Source: an uncultured delta proteobacterium (GTDB lineage: Bacteria; Desulfobacterota; Binatia; Binatales; Binataceae). Taken from it: a stretch of DNA of 64,000 bases. The translations under genes were made by a program, and so were the position numbers. How positions within the stretch are numbered: position 1 is the stretch's first letter; each line of letters opens with the position of its first letter. The stretch covers positions 32,001 to 96,000 of the forward strand of contig CAWCDG010000004.1 of NCBI GenBank assembly GCA_963794325.1, read 5' to 3'. Below the pieces are notes generated by a model, which saw only the letters and a list, made by a program, of their open reading frames with translations, was not told where the DNA came from and did not search any database. Below, piece after piece: positions 57,836 to 64,000 of this stretch.

Positions 57836-60112
57836 CTACTTGCCGGAGCCGGAGGCGGTAAGGTTGTGGGACAGATGATTGGGGTCGTTGCTCGTGATGG
57901 TCAAATTCTGTGGAGCGGTGGCACCTTTGGTGGTCGGTTTGAATTTGACGGTTACGCTCTTGGTCTTACCTTTGGTCAGGTTGAAGGCACTGCCATTGAA
58001 GGCGAACGGTGAAGCCAGGGTTCCGATCGTTACCTCCAGATTACCCTTGCCCTTATTTTTGATCTTGAGCTTTTTGCTCTTGGTCGAGTTGACCTTCACC
58101 GTGCCGAAACTCAGGTTGCCGGAGACGCTAAGTGTTCCGAACGGCGGCGTTGGAGTTGCGGTTGGTGTCGCGGTTTGAGTTGCAGTGGCCGTCGCCGTCG
58201 CAGTGGTTGTCGCAGTTGCGGTATCTGTCGCGGTCGGCGTCGGGCTGGGAGTAGCCAGAGATGTATCCGTCGCAGTCGGAGTCGCCGAGGTGGTTGGCGT
58301 TGCTGACCCGGTCGGTGTTGGGCTGTCCGATCCTGTTGACGTCGGCGATGCGGTAGCGGTTGCCGTGTCGGTGGCGGTCGCGGTGAGCGTGGCCGTCGCG
58401 GTCGCAGTTGGCGTCGCAGTGGCAGTCGGAGTCGGCGTCGGGCTCGGCGCAGCGATCAGGCGCGCCTCGGCGATCCACGTACCCCAGTTAATGCTTGAGG
58501 TCGCGGACGTAGGGTATTCTGCCGCCACCCAAATCGCAGTCTGATCACTGGGATCGACGCCGGCCCCCGAATAGTCGCCCCATCGATATGGCAAGCCACT
58601 CGTGTCGTTGCTGGTGTAACTCTTGGCGCCCGCCTTAAAGAGCACCGGAGTTCCGAGCGTGTTGACCGCGTCGCCGGCGAGGCGCCCATCGACATACGCC
58701 GAGGGGAATTCCGTGGATGACGATTGAGTGAAGGACGTAACCAGGTCGTCAGAACTATCGAGATCGACCGAAGGATAGTAGTCGTAAAAATTCTTGGTGC
58801 CGAATGAGAAGTCCTGGTTCACGACCGGATTAGCGCCGCCGGTCAGCACCTCGAAGAATTGCAGGCAGCTGCGTTGGCTGGTGTCTCCTGACGGCTTGCA
58901 TGTGTCGGTTCCCGATCCCCACAGCTGACCGTCGCGGAAGACCACATCCACAATTCGCTCGTCTCCGGTATCGATATTGTGGGTTGAATTCTTCTGCGGC
59001 GCGCAACCCGATCCATCCGTGGCGCTAGGGCAGCTCGGCGGAGACGTGAAGGACGTGACCGAAGCAACAGTCTCGTCGGCCGCGCTGCCGGGGGGAACCC
59101 CCGTAACCGACCAGATATTCAGCGAGCTGCCGACTGCCGAGAGCATCCAGAGCGTCGCGGTTGACGAGCGGCTCTTAGCCGGAATCAGCGGAAAACCAGA
59201 GCCGTCGGCGTCCGGCGGAGTGAAATCCGTATCTATGGTAGCGTCGCCGGCCAGAAGCTCGCTCTTGTTCCAGACGAAGAATTCATTCCCCTGGTACGGA
59301 CCGGTGTCGCAGTTGGGATTGCACGAAAACGCATTGCCGCCGGTCGCGATTTTGTCGTCGTTAAATCCGAGCGACGGCTGATCCGGAAAGCTCCCCATGG
59401 TCTCGATCGAATAAGTGTTGAAGCCGTCGAGCGGATTCGAGTCATTCGAAACCGCAAGGTTGAAGAACCCATTGAGCGCGGGGTCCTTGACGGAATCGGT
59501 CGTGTCGAGACTCAGAAGCGAGATGTACCATCGGCCGGCGAGCGTGTCGTACTCGATTCTCGGATCGCTCGAAAAAATGTCGGTGTTAATGTTGAAAAGA
59601 GAATTGAGACTGTAAGGCGATAGCAGGACGGTTCCGCTCTTGTCGAAGACTTTAAAGACGACGTTGGTCACTGCGATAACATCGTTCGGTCCCGCCGCGA
59701 CTTGTGTGTCCGGAGGTTCGCAATCGGGACCGCAATCCGAATCAGCAAAGGCCAGGCCGGCGAAATTCGTGGAGAAGGTCGGCGTGGTGGTCAACGCGAG
59801 CGTCGCGATCGAGGGAACCGCGGGAAGCGTCGCGTCGCTGTCGAGAGCAGCTTTGCGCCGTCGATAAGCGATTGGATCGGCGACCCGCAACGGTCGCCGG
59901 TGTGAGCCGGTGTTGATCGTCGCCGGTGGCAATTCCTGGAGATATACGGTCCCGGTTCGCATCGCGAGAAGATGTCGCGGCGGCGTTGCGGCACCGCTGC
60001 CTGCGCGTGCGGGAAGAGAGGTCCATGATGCGACGAAGGCAAAAAAGAGCACTACGGCGAACGCCGCGACGACGCGTCGGGGCGTCCAGACAGAATTTCT
60101 ACGGTCACTCAT
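57836..60112 (-). CDS. Secreted protein: propeller-like domain, Pro/Thr linker, C-terminal choice-of-anchor D/ASH Ig-like domain
   Basis: Signal peptide; [24 protein letters not shown]; (TPTA)n linker; LSFGTVKV...IKNKG...V.FKPT...LTITSNDP...SGSG. Confidence 0.75.
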   Translation of the reverse strand: MSDRRNSVWTPRRVVAAFAVVLFFAFVASWTSLPARAGSGAATPPRHLLAMRTGTVYLQELPPATINTGSHRRPLRVADPIAYRRRKAALDSDATLPAVPSIATLALTTTPTFSTNFAGLAFADSDCGPDCEPPDTQVAAGPNDVIAVTNVVFKVFDKSGTVLLSPYSLNSLFNINTDIFSSDPRIEYDTLAGRWYISLLSLDTTDSVKDPALNGFFNLAVSNDSNPLDGFNTYSIETMGSFPDQPSLGFNDDKIATGGNAFSCNPNCDTGPYQGNEFFVWNKSELLAGDATIDTDFTPPDADGSGFPLIPAKSRSSTATLWMLSAVGSSLNIWSVTGVPPGSAADETVASVTSFTSPPSCPSATDGSGCAPQKNSTHNIDTGDERIVDVVFRDGQLWGSGTDTCKPSGDTSQRSCLQFFEVLTGGANPVVNQDFSFGTKNFYDYYPSVDLDSSDDLVTSFTQSSSTEFPSAYVDGRLAGDAVNTLGTPVLFKAGAKSYTSNDTSGLPYRWGDYSGAGVDPSDQTAIWVAAEYPTSATSSINWGTWIAEARLIAAPSPTPTPTATATPTATATATLTATATDTATATASPTSTGSDSPTPTGSATPTTSATPTATDTSLATPSPTPTATDTATATTTATATATATQTATPTATPTPPFGTLSVSGNLSFGTVKVNSTKSKKLKIKNKGKGNLEVTIGTLASPFAFNGSAFNLTKGKTKSVTVKFKPTTKGATAPQNLTITSNDPNHLSHNLTASGSGK

Positions 60113-60206
60113 CAACTACCAGGAGCCGCTATAATGTACGTGAGAGCAGACCATCGCTACAATCGTTTTTTCTGCTCGAATGAACGGCGAGGTGAGAGAT
60201 TAATCG

Positions 60207-60752
60207 ATGATTCTGAAAGTTGCACGTCTCGGATTCCCGTCGCTCAGGACCTCGTCCAGCCCGGTCCCGGCCGATCGGATCAAGACCAAAGAATTTCAGC
60301 AGCTGATCGACGACATGATCGAGACGATGTACGAATACAGCGGCGTCGGACTCGCCGCCCCGCAGGTACATCTGCCGATTCAACTCGCCGTGCTCGAAGT
60401 GCATGACCATCCGCGATACCCCGACATGCCCGAGGTGCCGCTGACGGTCCTCGTCAATCCGGTCGTGACGATTCTCGACCGCACGATGGTCGAAGAATGG
60501 GAAGGATGCCTGAGCGTGCCTGACCTTCGCGGGCGCGTGCCCCGATTCAAGCAGCTACGGGTGACCGCGCTCGGGCGCAACGCGGAGCCGCTCGAAATAG
60601 TCGCGTCGGATTTTCACGCGCGCGTGATCCAGCACGAGACCGATCATCTGAAAGGCGAAGTTTACCTGGACCGAATGCCAGACATGCGCGCGCTGGGATT
60701 TTTGCAGGAATGGCAGCGCTACCTGCTGAAGCCGGAGCCGGAGAAAAAATGA
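60207..60752 (+). CDS. def: Peptide deformylase
   Basis: GVGLAAPQV, EGCLS, QHETDHL. Confidence 0.96.
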   Translation: MILKVARLGFPSLRTSSSPVPADRIKTKEFQQLIDDMIETMYEYSGVGLAAPQVHLPIQLAVLEVHDHPRYPDMPEVPLTVLVNPVVTILDRTMVEEWEGCLSVPDLRGRVPRFKQLRVTALGRNAEPLEIVASDFHARVIQHETDHLKGEVYLDRMPDMRALGFLQEWQRYLLKPEPEKK

Positions 60753-60777
60753 GGAACGGGAAATCACTTTATTGAAT

Positions 60778-60831
60778 GCGGAACCCACCGTGGGTTCCGC
60801 ACCTCCTTGGGCAGGGGTGACCCCTGCACTC
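60778..60831. repeat. Two-hairpin composite repeat (family A), copy 3
   Basis: GCGGAACCC-ACCGT-GGGTTCCGC followed by GCAGGGGTGACCCCTGCAC. Confidence 0.8.
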
Positions 60832-61100
60832 AGTATTAAAAGGAGAAGATGATGCGGGACTGCGTCCCTATTCGAACCTTCCCCGGTAGGAACCCGCGCC
60901 TCCTCTCTGCCTCTGTTCCCCCTTTCCGCGTCGGAAAGGGGGTGAGGGGGATAGGACGGGCCGGAATAGTTGCCTCAAATCCGGTTCCCCTTCCCTCGAG
61001 GGAAGGGGAACAATCGCGAGATTCGAATTCGCAAGTTTCAATCGCGCGCGCAGATGTCTAAACTTGTCGCGACGCCTGCCGTCGCCGGCCGGCATCCCAC

Positions 61101-62291
61101 ATGAGACTGGCGATTCCAGGGTTTGCGATTATCGACCGCTACGTTGCGCGCGAAGTGCTCGCGCCGTTCGCGGTGGACGTCGGCCTGCTGACCTTCGCGC
61201 TGGTCACCGGCAAGTTGCTCAAGCTGATGGACATGGTCGTCAATCACGGCGTCAGCCTGGGCGAGGTCTGCGGAATTATCGGCTATATCATGCCGGCATT
61301 TCTCGAGCTCACGTTTCCGATGGCGGTGCTGCTCGGCGTGTTGATGGGATTTGGTAGGATGTCGAGCGACCAGGAGATGACCGCGGCGCGCGCATGCGGC
61401 ATCAGTCTGTACCGGCTCGCGGTGCCTGTGATGATAGTCGCATTGGGCGTGTACGCGCTTTCCAGCTACTTCGCGTTCTCGCTGCGGCCGTGGGCGAATT
61501 CCAATCTGCGCAACAAGTTGTACGAGCTCAGCCAAACTCGCACCAGCGCCGGATTGAAGGAAAAAATTTTCAACAGTAATTTTCCCGGGCTGGTCGTTTA
61601 CGTCGACGAGATGTCCGACACCGATTCGAGTTTGAAGGGCGTCATGATTTCCGACGCGCGCGATCCGCACAATCAGAACACGATAATCGCCAAGCATGGA
61701 GCGATGCTTCCCGACCCGAAGACCAAGACCATCACGCTGCGGCTGTACGACGGTTCGATCTTCGGCGTGGAACCGCAGAACGACGCGACTCACGTGACCA
61801 GCTTCAAGACTTACGACCTCAGCATCAGTCCGGAGGAGGCGCTCGGCGTCACCGACGTCGAGCCGGACGAGATGACCTACTCGGCTCTTCGCGCCGACAT
61901 CAAGGCCGCGCGCGCCAAGGGCAAACCCGACTACGATTCCGAGACCGAGATGGCGAGTAAGTTTACGGTGCCATTTGCCACGATGCTGTTCGCGCTGCTG
62001 GGTATCTCGCTCGGACTTAAGCCGGCGCGCGGCGGGCATTCGGAGCGCTTTGGGGTCAGCGTCGCGCTGTTCTTCCTCTATTACTCGCTGATGCGGGTGG
62101 GCGAGACGCTGGCGCAACGCGGCAAGCTGAACGCGTGGGCCGCGATGAGTATCCCGGACCTGGTGTTCATGGCGCTGGCGTTCTGGTTCTTCTATCGCGC
62201 GGCGTCGGACCGGGCCGACCAGGGCCGCGGTCCCGGCGACATCATCTGGGATCTGGTCGAGCGTTACGAACGCAGCAGGCAGGCCGCATGA
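61101..62291 (+). CDS. lptF: LPS export ABC permease LptF
   Basis: IIDRYVAREVL.PF, GRMSSDQEMTAARACGIS, periplasmic beta-jellyroll, C-terminal TMs. Confidence 0.9.
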   Translation: MRLAIPGFAIIDRYVAREVLAPFAVDVGLLTFALVTGKLLKLMDMVVNHGVSLGEVCGIIGYIMPAFLELTFPMAVLLGVLMGFGRMSSDQEMTAARACGISLYRLAVPVMIVALGVYALSSYFAFSLRPWANSNLRNKLYELSQTRTSAGLKEKIFNSNFPGLVVYVDEMSDTDSSLKGVMISDARDPHNQNTIIAKHGAMLPDPKTKTITLRLYDGSIFGVEPQNDATHVTSFKTYDLSISPEEALGVTDVEPDEMTYSALRADIKAARAKGKPDYDSETEMASKFTVPFATMLFALLGISLGLKPARGGHSERFGVSVALFFLYYSLMRVGETLAQRGKLNAWAAMSIPDLVFMALAFWFFYRAASDRADQGRGPGDIIWDLVERYERSRQAA

Positions 62292-63388
62292 GACTTCGCC
62301 CGCGCCTTTCGCCGGTGATCGATCGCTTTATCGCGATGCAGTTCTTCGGCCCATTCATGGTGTGCCTGGCGGCCTTCACGGCGGCATACCTGCTCGGCGA
62401 CATGTTCGACCGATTCGACGATTTGATCCGATACGGCGGGTTGGGATTGTTAGGCCTCGAGTACTTCGCGCTGAAGCTGCCGCTGATCATCTCGCAGGTT
62501 CTGCCGGTGGCGTGCCTGGCCGGCGTGCTGCTCGGCTTCGCGCTGCTGAATCGGTCGGGCGAGGTGCTCGCATGCCAGCAACTCGGCATCAGCCGGCTCG
62601 AGATGGCGGTGCCGGTATTGTTGGTCGCGGTTTTGATCTCGGGCTTCGATTTTCTGATCAGCGAGACTGTCGTTCCCGCCGCGACGCGCGAGGCGAAATA
62701 TATCTATTCGGTGGAACTCAAGAAGCGGTCGCTCAAGGCGGTATTCGCTAATCGGCGTATCTGGGTGCGGGTGCGCGATGGATTCGTGTCAGTCGACAAT
62801 CTCGACAAAAAAGATTCGCAGCTGAAGAACGTCACGCATTATCAACTCGATGACGATTTCGGGCTCAAGGACTTGCGGCGTGCGAAGACCGCGAAATGGA
62901 ATGGTAGCTCCTGGGATGAGAGCGGGGTGAATTCGTATCAGATCGCCGAGGGCGGCACGGTGACCAAGACCGATGAAACGCGACTCGACCTCGGACTGAC
63001 GCCCGCCGATTTCGGCCTGCTGCGCTTCGACCCCGAGGAGTTCAGCCTGTGGGAACTCGACCGCTATATCGCGGACCTGCGCAGCAAGGGACTCGATCCG
63101 GGCGGTTACGTCGTCGATCGCGATTTGAAGTACGCGATGCCGCTGGCGTGCGTGATAATGGTCGCGCTCGGGATGGCGCTGAGCCTCGATCCGCTGCCGC
63201 GCAACCTGAGCCTCGGCCGCAGCTTTGGCCTCGCGATCGTCATCGGCTTCGCCTACTGGACCGCGCTCGGAATCACGTCGGCGCTGGGCCGTTCAGGCCT
63301 GCTGCCGTCGGTCATCGCAGCCTGGATCCCAAACTTCATGTTCGCGATGATCGCAATCGCAATCTTCCTGTTCGGCGAAGAACGCTGA
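62288..63388 (+). CDS. lptG: LPS export ABC permease LptG
   Basis: VIDRFI, LNRSGEVLA...GIS, AAWIPN; ATGA overlap with lptF (start reassigned). Confidence 0.88.
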   Translation: MRLRPRLSPVIDRFIAMQFFGPFMVCLAAFTAAYLLGDMFDRFDDLIRYGGLGLLGLEYFALKLPLIISQVLPVACLAGVLLGFALLNRSGEVLACQQLGISRLEMAVPVLLVAVLISGFDFLISETVVPAATREAKYIYSVELKKRSLKAVFANRRIWVRVRDGFVSVDNLDKKDSQLKNVTHYQLDDDFGLKDLRRAKTAKWNGSSWDESGVNSYQIAEGGTVTKTDETRLDLGLTPADFGLLRFDPEEFSLWELDRYIADLRSKGLDPGGYVVDRDLKYAMPLACVIMVALGMALSLDPLPRNLSLGRSFGLAIVIGFAYWTALGITSALGRSGLLPSVIAAWIPNFMFAMIAIAIFLFGEER

Positions 63389-63404
63389 CCAAATCGAAGC
63401 TCCT

Positions 63405-64000
63405 TTAGCGCCGCCGCACCCGCCGGACGCCGTGGCCCGGTATCGGAATCTGATTGCCGACGATCGCGTTGGTGATGTCGAAGCATCCCGTGTCGCCGTC
63501 GGGGTTGCTCAGCACCAGCGCGAAGGGTCCGTTGCCCAAACCGGACGAATCGATCCCCGCCACTTCGATGTTCACGGTCCATTCACCGCACGCGGGTGAG
63601 GCGGGCGTCGGCAGCGCGACCATCCGGGCCGAGACGGTCTCCGGCGGAATCGACTGGAAGATGGTTCCGTAGCTCTGGTGGTTGACGGTGTGCACTACCC
63701 ATGGCTCGAGCATCAGCTCCAGTGACGCGTCGTCGAGAGCGACGCATCTGCCCGACCTCAGAAGGACGGTGAAGCCGTTGAACGCATTGTCGGCCGCATC
63801 GCACTCCGGCGGACTGTTCCCGACCGGGATACCGTTCTCGATGAAGGTAAACGCCATGTTGACCTGATCTGAATGAGTGGTCGAACGCGCTATCTGCAAG
63901 CGTTCGCTATTGGGCGCGAGCACGAAGGGCGTCGTCTGTAATTCGAATGCGCCAGCGTCGCAGAATAAAGGGTTGCCGGGGTCGGGACGCGGGAAGCCGC
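63405..64000 (-). CDS. C-terminal part of a choice-of-anchor Q-like surface protein (extends beyond the window)
   Basis: Frame open to the window edge: GFPRPDPGNPLFCDAGAFE (anchor-Q-like motif), then a Cys-containing domain ending PGHGVRRVRRR. Confidence 0.7.
   Translation of the reverse strand, partial: GFPRPDPGNPLFCDAGAFELQTTPFVLAPNSERLQIARSTTHSDQVNMAFTFIENGIPVGNSPPECDAADNAFNGFTVLLRSGRCVALDDASLELMLEPWVVHTVNHQSYGTIFQSIPPETVSARMVALPTPASPACGEWTVNIEVAGIDSSGLGNGPFALVLSNPDGDTGCFDITNAIVGNQIPIPGHGVRRVRRR

Noticed and set aside
58140-58450. Tandem DNA repeat or contingency locus
   Set aside because: Degenerate codons for a Thr/Pro/Ala linker, not an exact nucleotide repeat.
1-64000. CRISPR array or cas genes
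   Set aside because: No regularly spaced direct repeats with unique spacers and no Cas motifs; the repeats seen are dispersed palindromes.

Overview
High-GC bacterial chromosomal window. Gene content and order (zapA-6S-ygfA-rny, YCF48/MMPL pair, choice-of-anchor surface proteins) suggest a Deltaproteobacteria-related soil lineage such as Candidatus Binatia; this placement is inference only. From left to right: (1) a minus-strand Wza/Wzc-type surface-polysaccharide operon (1-13.4 kb), preceded by a secreted tailspike-like beta-helix/LamG protein; (2) trxB, moaC and an rlmI-like gene; (3) an envelope-transport run: YCF48, MMPL/RND, VOC, an ABC ATPase, an ABC permease with a large coiled-coil/Pro insertion, YceI, an orphan ParB-like protein and a crotonase; (4) a Spy/CpxP small-protein islet; (5) rlpA, RNase G/E, an HNH nuclease and a type II toxin-antitoxin pair whose toxin is missing from the ORF track; (6) smc, SDR, ftsY, zapB, zapA, a probable 6S RNA, ygfA and rny; (7) tRNA-Gln(CTG), tRNA-Glu(CTC) and an RND efflux pair; (8) two RRM proteins, MlaC, a frameshifted DCC1-LMF1 fusion, SPFH, surface proteins, def, lptF and lptG. 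I found no CRISPR array, integrase or transposase. Several families of intergenic palindromic or MITE-like elements are present. The best candidates for something new are the signal-peptide-bearing tailspike-like protein beside the capsule operon, the stalk-bearing ABC permease locus, a two-hairpin repeat with covariation, and the atypical 6S-like RNA. Family calls come from motif recognition; no database searches were run.
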